Program-made: the position numbers and the translations under genes
The notes under the pieces: generated by a model
Told to the model about the DNA's origin: nothing
Database searches by the model: none
What the model saw: the letters and a program-made list of their open reading frames with translations, nothing else
NCBI GenBank assembly: GCA_963739365.1
Contig: CAVUAG010000016.1
Location: 88,863-152,862 of the forward strand
Reading direction: 5' to 3'
Source of the DNA: an uncultured Chloroflexia bacterium
GTDB taxonomy: Bacteria > Chloroflexota > Limnocylindria > Limnocylindrales > CSP1-4
DNA: 64,000 nt
Part shown: one piece after another, positions 42,785 to 56,279 of the stretch
Layout of the letters: every line of letters begins with the position of its first letter
How positions within the stretch are numbered: position 1 is the first letter of the stretch

Positions 42785-44976
42785 GTGCAGACGCTCGAGA
42801 TCGAGATCCGCAACCCGAACGGGCTCCACCTGCGGCCGCTCGGGCAGTTCGTCCGCACCTGCGGCCGGACCCGCTCCGACGTGACGATCCAGAACCTGGC
42901 GACCGGTGCGGGGCCTGTCAACGCGAAGCAGATGTTGCGGGTCCAGCCGCTGGGTGTGCGGATGGGCCACCGGGTCAGGATCACGGCGGAGGGCGAGGAC
43001 GAGGTCGAGGCGATCGCGACGATCCGTGCCGCGATCGAGTCGGGGCTCGGCGAGGACGTCGGCCCGGCGACGCCCGGTCCCGCGGCGGTGCCGCCGGCGC
43101 CCGCGCCTCCGACCGCCGCGTCGGTCACTCCTGCCGCGCTCACGTCCGCCGCCGCGACTGCATCGACGGCCTCGGCGGAGCCGCCGCCTCCGGCGGACCC
43201 GGGCGCGGGACGCCTCGTCGGCCTCGGCGCGGTGGCGGGCATCGCCGTCGCGCCCGCATGGCGCTATCGGGAACAGGCACCCGAGGCCGCCACACCGCCC
43301 GCCGGCGACCCGGGCGCGGCGATTCGCGCCGCCGCGGTCGCCGCGGAGGCACAGCTGGAAGCGCTCGCGGCGAGGATCCGCGACGCCGGCCGGCCTGACG
43401 ACGCAGGCATCTTCGAGGCACAGGCTGTCCTGGCCACCGATCCCACGATCGTCGACGAGGCGCTGGCCCGTGTCGCCGCCGGGGCCGATCCCGCGACGGC
43501 GGTCGTCGACGCTGCGGCAGACGCGGCCATGGCGGTGGCCGGCCTCGCCGACGAGACGCTGGCCGCGCGCGCCGCCGACGTGCGCGACGTCGGGGCCCGG
43601 ATCGCCCGCATCCTGCGCGGCGAGACGCTCGCCCTGCCGGACCGGCCCGTGATCGCGATCGCCGACGACCTTCCGCCGTCGGTCACGGCCGAGATCCCCG
43701 CCGCCTTCCTGCTCGGCATCGCCCTGGCCGGGGGATCGCGGACCGCGCACGCGGTCATCCTGGCCCGCGGACTCGGCATCCCGTGCGTCGTCGGTTGCGC
43801 CGGCCTGGTCGAGGCGGTCGATGCCGCCGCGGGCGGCGGCGGGGGAGGCCGGTGGAGATCGCCCTCGACGGCGAGTCGGGCGTCGTTCTGATCGACCCGG
43901 ACGACGCTGCGCGCGCCGCGCTGCGCGATCGCGCGCAGGTCCTCGCCGATCGCCGCTCCCGGGCCGCGTCCGCGCGCGGCCGACCCGGCGCGACGGCGGA
44001 CGGCGCTCGCGTGCTCCTCGTCGCGAACATCGGGAGCCCGGACGACGCCGCGCGCGCGCTCGACGTCGGCGCCGAGGGCGTCGGGCTCTTCCGGACCGAG
44101 TTCCTGTTCATGCAGCGCCAGGCGCCGCCGGCCGAGGAGGAGCAGGTGGCCGCTTACCGTCGCGCCTTCGAGGCGTTCGGGCCCGGAGCGCCCGGTGGTC
44201 GTCCGCCTCGCCGACATCGGGGGCGACAAGGCGATCCCGTACCTGGGGCTCCCCGCCGAGGCCAACCCGTTCCTCGGCGTCCGGGCGATCCGGCTTGCCT
44301 ATCGCGACCGCGAGCTCCTGCTGACCCAGCTGCGGGCGATCTGGCGCGCCGGCGGGCTGGCCGACGTCGTGCCCCACGTCATGGCCCCGATGGTCGCCAC
44401 GCTCGAGGACGTCGACCTGCTCGACGCGCTCCGCGACGAGGCCCGGGCCGCGGTCTCGCCGCCGGCCACCCGTGCGCCGAGACGATGGTGACCGGGATCA
44501 TGGTGGAGGTCCCCGCCGCCACCCTCCTGGCCCCCGAGCTGGCCCGGCGGGTTGCGTTCTTCAGCATCGGCACGAACGACCTGACCCAGTACCTCATGGC
44601 CGCCGACCGCGGCAATGCGATCCTGGCCCGCTTCCAGGACGCGCTCCACCCGGCGGTCCTGCGCGCGATCGCGGGCGTGGTGGCGGGGGCCGACGCCGCC
44701 GGCATCCCGGTGGCCGTGTGCGGCGAGCTCGCCGGCGATCCGGATCGGCGCGCTCGTCCTCGTCGGCCTGGGCGTGGACGAGCTGTCGGCCGACGCCGGC
44801 GTCGCTCGACGAGGTCCGCGCCGCGCTGGCCGCGTGCACGATGGACGACCTCCGCTCCCTGGCGCGGGCCGCGCTCGTTGCGCCCGACGCGGCCGCGGTC
44901 CGCCGGGCCGCGGCGGTGCTTCTGGCGCGCGCGCCGGTTCGCGGCACCCGCGGGGATGAGCGGCCCGGCCGCCTGA
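42785..44976 (+). pseudogene. ptsI: HPr-Enzyme I fusion (PEP-protein phosphotransferase with N-terminal HPr domain), several frame breaks in the EI part
   Basis: GTG after GGAGG. HPr His15 lies in NPNGLHLRP. A Pro/Ala-rich linker of about 50 aa follows. EI motifs are GGSRTAHAVILARGLGIPCVVG, GLFRTEFLF, ADIGGDK, MVEVPA and IGTNDLTQY. The 3' end is uncertain (44959 or 44976). Confidence 0.85.
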
Positions 44977-44997
44977 CGGCCCGTATACTCGCGGTGC

Positions 44998-45601
44998 ATG
45001 GACGCCGTCACCGTCCTCCGGGCGATCGCCCTCACGGTCGCTGCGTACTTCATCGGCGGCATCCCGTGGGGCGTCATCGTGGCGCGCCTCTCCGGCGGCC
45101 CGACCCGCGGACGATCGGGAGCGGCCGGACGGGCGGGGCGAACGTCATGCGCGCGCTCGGCCCGCGCCTCGCGCTCCTCTCCGGCCTCCTCGACATGCTG
45201 AAGGGCACGGCCGCGGTCCTCCTCGCCCGCTTCGTGGGGGCGGGCATCGAGGTGGAGGTCCTGCCGGCGTGGCCGCGATCATCGGCCACAGCCGGTCTCC
45301 CTTCCTGGGGTTCTCCGGCGGCCGGGCGTCTCGGCGGCTTCGGGGCGCGCTCGTGATCGCGCCGCGTCATCGGCCGTTCGCTGGTCGTCTTCCTCGCGGT
45401 GCTCGTGGTCACGCGTTACACGTCGCTCGGCTCGCTCGTTCGGCGGCAGTCGGCGGGCCATCGCTCGCCCTCATGATCGTGACGGGCGGCCAACGGCCAG
45501 CTGGTGTACGCGGTCGTCGGGACGGTCCTCATCTGGTTCTTCCATATCGACAACATCGGCCGACTCCTCGCGGCGAGGAGCGCAAGTTCGGCGCGAAGTG
45601 A
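44998..45601 (+). pseudogene. plsY: Glycerol-3-phosphate acyltransferase PlsY, at least 3 frame breaks
   Basis: The motifs YFIGGIPWGVIVARL, GSGRTGGANVMRALG, LDMLKG, IGHSRSPFLGFSGG and the C-terminus RGEERKFGAK* lie in different frames. Confidence 0.8.
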
Positions 45602-45745
45602 CATGGCGGTCCCGGTCGCCTCTCCCCGTCGGACCGTCCGAGGGTCGGGCCCGGCGCGGCTGGGGTAGACTTCCGAGGGCGGCGGCACCGCCGCCGACGA
45701 GCCCGCTGTCCCGGCGCCGACCGGGCCGTGGAGGAATGCACGACC

Positions 45746-46259
45746 ATGTCCGCCGAGGAGCTTCGCGCGCAGATCCGCGAGGTCCCGGACTTCCCGAAGC
45801 CGGGCATCCTCTTCTACGACATCACGACGCTGCTGAAGGAGCCGGGCCCTACCGCGAGGCGATCGATCTGATGCTCGAGCCGTACGCGACGAAGATCGAC
45901 ATCGTCGTCGGGATGGAGTCGCGCGGCTTCATCTTCCGCCCCGATGGCCTACCAGCTCGACGCCGGCCTCGTCCCGGTCCGCAAGCTCGGCAAGCTGCCG
46001 GCCGAGACGATCACCGTCGAGTACGCGCTCGAGTACGGCTCCAACACGCTCGAGATCCACCGCGACGCGATCCAGCCCGGCCAGCGGGTCCTCATCGTCG
46101 ACGACCTGCTCGCGACCGGCGGCACCGTCAACGGCACGATCGAGCTCGTCGAGCGGCTGAAGGGCGAGATCGTCGGCCTCGCCTTCCTCGTCGAGCTCGA
46201 CTTCCTCAAGGGTCGCGACCGGCTCACGGGCCGGAGTCACGAGCGTCATCCAGTACTGA
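45746..46259 (+). pseudogene. apt: Adenine phosphoribosyltransferase, about 3 frame breaks
   Basis: GGAGGAA lies upstream of the ATG. Motifs are [31 protein letters not shown] and the PRPP motif [13 protein letters not shown]. The reconstructed end is VTSVIQY* at 46257-46259. Confidence 0.85.
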
Positions 46260-46302
46260 CCGGCCGGCCGATCGCCCCCGACCCGGCCCGGTCCGGCCAC
46301 CG

Positions 46303-47680
46303 ATGAGCGACCCGGACCGACCCGCACGCCGCCCGGAGGTCCCACCCGCCGCCCTCGCCCGACGAGGCCCGCGCCTGGACCGTCGCCGCTTCTTCCGAGT
46401 CTCGCCGGCGAGCCGCGGACCGCGGCGACGATCGTGGGCGCGGCTGGGGCCCTGCGCGACACGACCCCGGAGATCGCGGCCGGCGTCCTCGCGGACGGCG
46501 CGGCCCGGCCACCCGCGGCGACCCGGCCACGCCCGGGCTCCCGGATCCCGACCGGCTTCCGGACCCCGTTCCGGCTCGAGGCGGATCGCCTCGTCCTCAT
46601 CGACCAGCGCCGGCTCCCCGACGAGCTCGTCGAGGTCGCCTGCGAGTCCGCCGCCGAGGTCGCCTGGGCGATCCGCGAGATGGTCGTCCGCGGCGCGCCG
46701 GCGATCGGCCAGGTCGCCGCGATCGGCCTCGCGCTGACGGCGGAACGCGCCAAGCCGCGAGCCGTACGCCCGGCGAGCGATCCTGCGCGGGGCCGCCAAC
46801 GCCCTGGTCAACGCGCGACCGACCGCGGTCCGATCCGCTGGGCCTCGAACCGCGTGATGGCCCGCTACGCGGCGATCGGCGAGCTCGCCGACGATGGGCC
46901 GGCGATCGCGAGCGATGCGCGCGGAGGCCGAGGCCATCGTCTTCGAGGCGACGGCCGACCACGCCGTCATGGCCCGCCTGGGCGCCGGGCTCCTGCCCGA
47001 ACCCCCGGATCGGCCGCTCCAGCTGCTCACCCACTGCAACACGGGCCCCTCGCCTGCGGCCAGTTCGGGACGGCGCTCGGCGTCGTCCAGGCGCGGCCTC
47101 GGACGGACGGCCGGTCCACGTCTGGGTCGACGAGACGCGGCCGTACCTCCAGGGCGCCCGGCTCACGGCCTGGGAGCTGGCCCAGGCGGGCGTCCCGCAC
47201 ACGCTCATCGCCGACGTCGCGGCCGGCGGCTCCTCGCCTCCGGCGAGGTCGACGCGGTCCTCGTCGGGGCGGACCGGGTCGCCGCCAACGGCGACACCGC
47301 GAACAAGGTCGGCACGTACCCGCTGGCCGTCCTCGCGGCGCGCCACGGCGTGCCGTTCTACGTCTGCGCCCCGACCGCCTCGGTCGACGGCGAGACGCCG
47401 GACGGCGCCGCGATCCCGATCGAGATGCGGGGAACGGCCGGAGGTGACGTCCCTCGGCGGCAGCGCATCGCGCCGGCCGGGCGCGGCCGCGCAACCCGTC
47501 CTTCGACGTCACGCCGGCCGAGCTGATCACCGGGATCGTCACCGAGGAGGGCGTCCTCCGGCCGCCGTTCGGGCCGTCTGTCGCGGCCGCCGTCGAGGCC
47601 GCGCGAAGCCCGCCGGCGGCCGCACCGCCGCCGGGCACGCGGCGCGCCGCGCGGCAGAGCCCGCCGGTCGGTGACGGTCT
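46303..47680 (+). pseudogene. mtnA: Methylthioribose-1-phosphate isomerase (eIF-2B alpha/beta/delta family), many frame breaks; start and end approximate
   Basis: Recognisable pieces are [88 protein letters not shown]. Confidence 0.75.
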
Positions 47681-47699
47681 GACTGGCCACCTCGGCCGT

Positions 47700-49849
<2,150 letters not shown>

Positions 49850-49850
<1 letters not shown>

Positions 49851-51933
49851 TGCCACGGACCCGAAGGCCGCGACGGGACCGGCGGGCTCCAGTGGGCCTG
49901 ACCGGCGCCAGACGGCGCCGTACGGCCGAGCTGGCGCTCGCTCGATTCGGGCTCGCCGACCGCTCGTCGACCGGCGTCGTCGCCTCGGCGAGCGTGCGTC
50001 GACGGCGACGGCATCTGCGGTGGCTCGAGGGCCGGCCGGCGGAGGGGGGCCGCCAGGTCCTCGTCGCCGCGACCGGCGACGGCGCCGCGGACGCTCACGC
50101 CCGCGGGCTTCAACGTCCGGACCCGCGTCCACGAGTACGGCGGCGCCGCGTACCTCGTGGCCGGCGAGCGTCGTCGTCGTGTCGGACTTCGGCGACGGGC
50201 CGGCTCCATCCGCGTCGTGCGCCCGGACGGCGCGGCCGACGCCGATCACGCCCGAGGGGCCGGGCGGTATCGCGGACCTCGAGCTCGACGCGGCGGCGGC
50301 CGGCTCTTCGCGGTCCGCGAGGACCACCCGGCCTGGCGACGGCATCGCGCCACGAGTCGTCGCCGATCCCGATCGACGGCTCCGCGGAGCGGCGCGGTCG
50401 ACGTCCTCGTCGAGCGGCGCCGACTTCTACGCCGCGCCGCGCCTCTCCCCGGACGGCCGACGCTCGCCTGGCTCGAGTGGCACCACCCGAACATGCCCTG
50501 GGACGGGACGGAGCTGCGGCTCGCGGTCGACGCCGCGGGACGGTCGCGGGCCGGGCCGGCGTCGTCGCCGGCAGCCGGACCGACTGGATCGACCCAGCCG
50601 CGCTGGTCGCCCGACGGCATCCTCCACTTCGTCGCCGACCGGACCGGCTGGATGAACCTCTCCACCGCTGGCGACGGCGAGCGGGTCATCCTCGCTGACG
50701 GCCGATGGAGGCCGAGTTCGCCGGTAGCCGGACTGGGTCTTCGGCTACGCCGACGTACGGCTTCTGCCGCCGACGGCTCGATCGTCGCGATCGGCCGGAG
50801 CGGCGGCCGCGACCGGCTGTACCGGATCGACGCCGCGGCGGCGCCGGCCGGCGATCGTCGACCTGCCGTACACCGAGATGAGCCGGCCTGGCTCGCCGTC
50901 GGCCGGCGACGCCGTGCGTCGCCGCGGCGCCCGGACACGCCCGGACCGATCGTCGCGGTCGACCTCGCGACCGGCGCCGTGGACCGTGGTGCGCCGCTCG
51001 TCGACGTGGCCCGGCTCGACCCCGCCGACGTCTCGATCGGCGAGCTCGATCGACGTTCCCGACCGACCGGCGGCCGGACGGCGCACGGCATCTTCTACCG
51101 CGCCGCGAACCCGGCCTTCGCGGGGCCCCGACGGCGAGCTGCCGCCGCTCGTCGTCACGAGCCACGGCGGCCCGACCGCGGCGGCCTTCACCGGCCTCGA
51201 CGCACGGTCCAGCTGTTCACCAGCCGCGGCTTCGCCGTCCTCGACGTCGACTACGGCGGCAGCGCCGGCTACGGGCGGCGTACCGCAAGCGGCTCGAGGG
51301 CGAGTGGGGCGTGCGACGTCGACGACTGCGTCGCCGGCGCGGGCTGGTCGCCGACGGGCGAGGTCGGACCGGCGCGCGCATGGCGATCCGCGGCGGCAGC
51401 GCGAGCGGCTACACGACGCTCGCCGCGCTCGCCTTCCGGCGACGCCTTCGCGGCCGGGCACGAGCTACTTCGGGATCGGCGACCTCGAGACGCTTCGTCG
51501 GACGACACCCACAAGTTCGAGTCGCGCTACCTCGAGCGGCTCGTCGGCCCGTACCCGGAGACGCGGGACGTGTACCACGACCGATCGCCGCTCTTCCACG
51601 CCGACGGATCTCGTGCCCGGTCCTCGTCCTCCAGGGCGCCGAGGACCGGGTCGTGCCGCCGGCCCAGGCCGAGCGATCGTCGAGGCGCTCGCGCGAAGGG
51701 CATCCCGCACGCCTACCTGCTCTTCCCGGGCGAGGACCACGGCTTCCGGCAGGCACGACGCCATCATCCGCTCGTTCGGGGCGGAGCTCTCGTTCTACGG
51801 CCAGGTCTTCGGCTTCACGCCGGCCGACGAGCTGCTCGGATGCCTGGCGGTCGACGGGCGGGTCACGACGCTGACGCCGGCCGGCGCGGTCGCCCGGAGG
51901 CGCAGCGGTGGTCTCCCTCGACCCGCCGCATGA
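49850..51933 (+). pseudogene. S9-family serine peptidase (prolyl oligopeptidase/acylaminoacyl-peptidase-like), many frame breaks
   Basis: Recognisable pieces are [59 protein letters not shown], the nucleophile elbow [12 protein letters not shown], and FPGEDHGF. The stop overlaps the metK ATG (ATGA at 51930-51933). Confidence 0.7.
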
Positions 51934-53218
51934 CCAGCATCGTCGACGCGCCGCACTACCTGTTCACGTCGGAGTCGGTGACCGAGGGCCACCCGGACAA
52001 GATGTGCGACCAGATCAGCGACGCGATCCTCGACGCGATCATCCGCGACGACCCGACGGCGCGCGTGGCCTGCGAGACGGCGACCACGACCGGCACTCGT
52101 CTGCGTCCTCGGCGAGATCACCACGACCGACGTACGTCGACTTCCAGGACGTCGTCCGCGACACGGTCCGCGAGATCGGCTACACGGACGCCGACTACGG
52201 CTTCGACTACCTGACCTGCGGCACGCTCGTCTGCGTCAAGGAGCAGTCGCCGGACATCGCGCGGCGTCGACGAGGCGCTCGAGACGCGCGGCAAGGGTGA
52301 CCTGCACGAGCTCAGGGCGCCGGCGACCAGGGCATGATGTTCGGGTTCGCCTGCCGCGAGACGCCCGAGCTCATGCCGCTGCCGATCGCGCTCGCCCACC
52401 GGATGGCGCGGCGCCTGGCCGAGGTCCGCAAGATCGGGTCAGCTGCCCGTACCTCCGCCCGGACGGCAAGACGCAGGTCACCGTCGAGTACGAGCACGGC
52501 GTGCCGACGGCGCGTGCGGACCGTCGTCGTCGCCGCGCAGCACGACCACGAGTGCGACCGAGCGGCTCCGCGACGACCTCATCGAGGCCGTGATCCTGCC
52601 CGTCATCCCGCCTGAGCTGCGGCCGGCTCGACCCGCGATGCACGTCAACCCGACCGGCCGGTTCGTCATCGGCGGGCCGATGGGCGACGCCGGCCTGACC
52701 GGGCCGCAAGATCATCGTCGACAGGTACGGCGGCATGGCCCGCCACGGCGGCGGCTGCTTCTCCGGCAAGGACCCGACGAAGGTCGACCGCTCGGCCGCC
52801 TACGCCGCGCGCTGGGTCGCCAAGAACGTCGTCGCCGCGGGGCTCGCCGACCGCTTCGAGATCGAGGTCGCCTACGCGATCGGGATCGCCCAGCCGCTCT
52901 CGATCTCGATCGAGACGTTCGGCACGGGCCGCATCCCCGACGAGCGGATCCTCGGCCTGCATCGACCGGCACTTCGACCTCCGCCCGGCCGCGATCATCG
53001 CGGCGCTCGACCTGCGCCGGCCGATCTACCGGCAGACCGCCGCCTACGGCCACTTCGGCCGGCCGGACCTCGACCTGCCGTGGGAGCGCACCGACAAGGC
53101 CGCCGTCCTCGCGGCCGAGGGCGGGCTTCCCGATCCCGGAGTCACGGCGGCCGGAGCCCTGGCCGACGACGGCGGCCGTCGAGCCGCGCCCTGGTGCCCG
53201 ACCGCCGCGGCCCGCTAG
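51930..53218 (+). pseudogene. metK: S-adenosylmethionine synthetase, many frame breaks
   Basis: Recognisable pieces are [74 protein letters not shown], and [14 protein letters not shown]. Confidence 0.9.
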
Positions 53219-53229
53219 AACCGCGCCCG

Positions 53230-54293
53230 ATGTACGCCGTCATCCTCGCCGGCGGCGGCGGCACGCGGCTCTGGCCCCTGAGCCGCCCTGAACGGCCGAA
53301 GCCGTTCCTCCCGCTCCTCGGCGACCGGTCGCTCCTCCGGCGCCTGCGACGCGGGTCGACCGCGCTGGCCGGCTCGGGACGTGACGGACGTCGTGGACCG
53401 TCCGCAACGTCGGCCTCGTCCGGGCGCAGCTGCCCGGACCTGCCGGCCGCGAACCTCATCGCGGAGCCGCTCGGTCGCAACACCGCCGCGGCGATCGCGC
53501 TCGCGACCGTGGCCGTCGACCGCCCGGACGACGACGTCATGCTCGTGCTCCCCGCCGACCACCTGGTCGGCGACGAGGCCGGTTCCGGGCGGTCCTCGGG
53601 GCGGCCGCCCAGGTCGCCGCGCGGCCCGATCGAGCGCTGGTCACGCTCGGCATCGAGCCCACGCGGCCGGCGATCGGGTACGGGTACGTCGTCGCGCGCC
53701 GACCGGATCGTCGCCGGGCTCGGGGTCTTCCGCGTCGACCGCTTCGTCGAGAAGCCGGACGCTGTCGCCGCGGCCGACCTGCTCGCCGGTCCCGGGCAGG
53801 CGTCGTGGAACGCCGGCATCTTCGCGTGGCGGCGAGACGCGATCCGCGACGCGCTCGATGCGTGGGCACCCGAGATCCTGGGCCGATCCGGGACGGCGCA
53901 TGTCGCGGGAGGCCGGCCGCGCACGAGCCGCGTAGCGACGGTCGCGCGACTCGATCGACTACGCGGTGATGGAGCCGGCGCGGTGGTCGGGCGAGTGGTC
54001 ATGCGGCGGGCGGACGTCGGCTGGAGCGACCTCGGCGGCTGGACGGCGCTCCTCGAGGCGCTCGGCGCACGGGCGGCGAGGCCGGCGAGCCGGCCGATGG
54101 TCGGCTCGGGGACTCGCCCGACGTCGGATCGGAGGGACGTTCGTCCTGTCCCGGGCGTCTCGTCGTCACGGTCGGTCTGCGCGACGCCATCGTCGTCGAG
54201 ACACCGGACGCCGTGCCTCGTCTGCGCCGCGGACCGCTCCAGGACGTGCGGACGATCGTCGAGCGGGTGACCATCGCGGAGGAAGACCTGTGA
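53230..54293 (+). pseudogene. manC: Mannose-1-phosphate guanylyltransferase-like nucleotidyltransferase, several frame breaks
   Basis: Recognisable pieces are [58 protein letters not shown], and VGWSDLG. Confidence 0.78.
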
Positions 54294-55749
54294 GCACGCC
54301 GGAGGTGCCGCGGTGCTCCCGCGCGGATCGTCTTCGGGACGGATGGCTGGCGAGCGAAGGTCGCCGACGACTACACGTTCGAGGCGGTCCGGCGCTGCGC
54401 CGACGGCGTCGCCCGCTAGGTCGTCGACCGCGGCGAGCGGCGAAGGGGGTCGTCGTCGGCCTACGACCGTCGCTTCGCGAGCGAGTACTTCGCCGTCGCG
54501 GCCGCAGAGGTGCTCCTCGCCCACGACATCCCGGTCGCGTTCGCCACGCAGGCGGTGCCCACGCAGATGTCGTCCTACGAGGTCGTGGAGCGGGGTGCGG
54601 CGGCCGGCGTCGTCATCACGGCCAGCCACAACCCGTGGACCGACAACGGGTTCAAGGTGAAGTCGCCGACCGGCGCTGCGGCAGGACCGGAGATCCTCGC
54701 GGCGATCGAGGCGACGATCGCGGGAACGGGTGGCCGCGCCGCGTCGCCCGTTCGCCGACGCCGAGGCGGCCGGGATGGTCGAGCGGTTCGACCCCTTCGA
54801 CGGATACGAGCGGTTCGTCGCGCGCACGCTCGACCTCGAGCGCTCGGCGGCCGACGTCGCGTTTGCTCGTCGAACCGCTGTACGGCTCGGGAGCCGGGTG
54901 GATCGCGCGGCTCCTCGCGGGCGGCCGCGCGCGTCACCGAGCTGCACCAGGAGCGGAACCCCTACTTCGGCGGCGTGAACCCCGAGCCGATCCGCCCGAA
55001 CATCGACGAGGCGCTCGGGTCATCGCGGCGGCGGGTACGACCTCGGCCTGCTTCTCGACGGGGACGCGGACCGGGCCGGCGCCGCCGACGAGCGCGGCAC
55101 GTTCATCCACCAGCTGCAGGTCTACGGCCTGCTCATGTACTACCTGCTCGAGCACCGCGGGATGCGCCGCCCGTCGTGTACACCGTGAACGAGACGTCGA
55201 TGGCCGGCGGCTGGCGAGCGGTACGGCGTGCCGTCCACGAGACGTCGGTCGGGTTCGAGTTCGTCGGCCCGAAGATGATCGAGACCGACGCGATGATGGG
55301 CGGCGAGGAATCCGGCGGCTACGGGTTCGGCATGCACCTGCCGGAGCGCGACGGGATCTACGCCGACCTCCTCCTCCTCGACCTGTTCCTTCGCGAGCGC
55401 GCCGCCGGTCGCTGGCCGGTGTCGCCGCGTCGAGCACCTCCACGAGATCGCCGGCCCGTCTTCTACCAGCGCGTCGACATCCACGTCGACCGGGCGCTCT
55501 ACCCGGCGCTCAAGGAGCGGCTCATGGTCGCGCTCGCGCGAAGGCGCCCACCGCGCTCGCCGGGGAGCCGGTGGCGCGCACGGAAACGCTCTCCACGGAC
55601 GACGGGTTCAAGTTCTGGATCGCCGACGGGACGTGGCTGCTCGTCCGCGTCAGTGGGACGGAACCGCTCGTCCGGGTCTATACCGAGGCGAGTCGAACGC
55701 CGTCGCCGATGCGCTCCTGGTGGCCGGCGAGCGGCTCGTCCGAGGCTGA
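54290..55749 (+). pseudogene. Phosphomannomutase/phosphoglucomutase, several frame breaks
   Basis: The GTG overlaps the manC stop (GTGA at 54290-54293). Motifs are the active-site loop [15 protein letters not shown], the Mg loop region, GGEESGG, and [12 protein letters not shown]. Confidence 0.8.
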
Positions 55750-55831
55750 CCCGCGCGGGTCGGAGCTCGCGCCGGGCGGGCCGGGACGATCCGAGCTGCC
55801 GGGCTGGTGAGCCTGGGCCGCCTGAGCTATC

Positions 55832-56206
55832 GTGTGCTTCGTGACCGTCGCCCCCGGCAGGTCGGAGCGACCCGGCGGCGGTCCCTGCTCGGCTCGGCAA
55901 CGGCCATGGAGGGACATCGGCGATGCACAGCTCCCTGATGGGGGCAAGGTGGAGAAGGCGAACCGCTACGCGCGCGAGCTCGACCGCGTGACGTTCGAGC
56001 GGTTCACCCTCACGTTCCGCGGTGACAACGACACCCATCACGTGACCCTCGCCGACGGCACGTGGCACTGCACGTGCCACTTCTTCGAGAGCTGGCACAG
56101 CTGCGTCCACCTCCTCGCCCTTACGAAGATGATCGGGGCGATGCTCCCCGAGGCGTCGCAGGTGTCCATCTTCACGGCCGTGGAAGAGGTCGCCGCGGTC
56201 GGCTGA
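55832..56206 (+). CDS. Small SWIM zinc-finger protein
   Basis: The intact ORF contains WHCTCHFFESWHSCVHLLAL, which fits the CxCx(n)CxH SWIM pattern. The start codon is uncertain (GTG at 55832). Confidence 0.55.
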   Translation: MCFVTVAPGRSERPGGGPCSARQRPWRDIGDAQLPDGGKVEKANRYARELDRVTFERFTLTFRGDNDTHHVTLADGTWHCTCHFFESWHSCVHLLALTKMIGAMLPEASQVSIFTAVEEVAAVG

Positions 56207-56279
56207 CGTGCCGGCCCGCCCGGCCGGCTCGCGCTCGGCACCCTGGACCCCGGCCCGGCGCCGGGTCCGTCATGTCCGG

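Noticed and set aside
43052-43208. Pro/Ala-rich low-complexity stretch that could be taken for a separate repeat protein or intergenic repeat.
   Set aside because: It is in-frame between the HPr domain and the EI N-domain, with no stop or start signals. It is best explained as an interdomain linker.
38188-43750. Two very long minus-strand ORFs (38188..41124, 978 aa; 41222..43750, 842 aa) opposite glpB/glpC and dhaM/panE-like/HPr.
   Set aside because: They are antisense artefacts, for the same reasons as above. The plus strand explains the region completely.
51800-51930. Possible SAM riboswitch upstream of metK. I checked likewise for an SAH riboswitch upstream of ahcY at 48480-48565.
   Set aside because: In both cases the upstream gene's coding sequence runs right up to, or overlaps, the start codon. 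No non-coding space remains and no conserved riboswitch core is visible.
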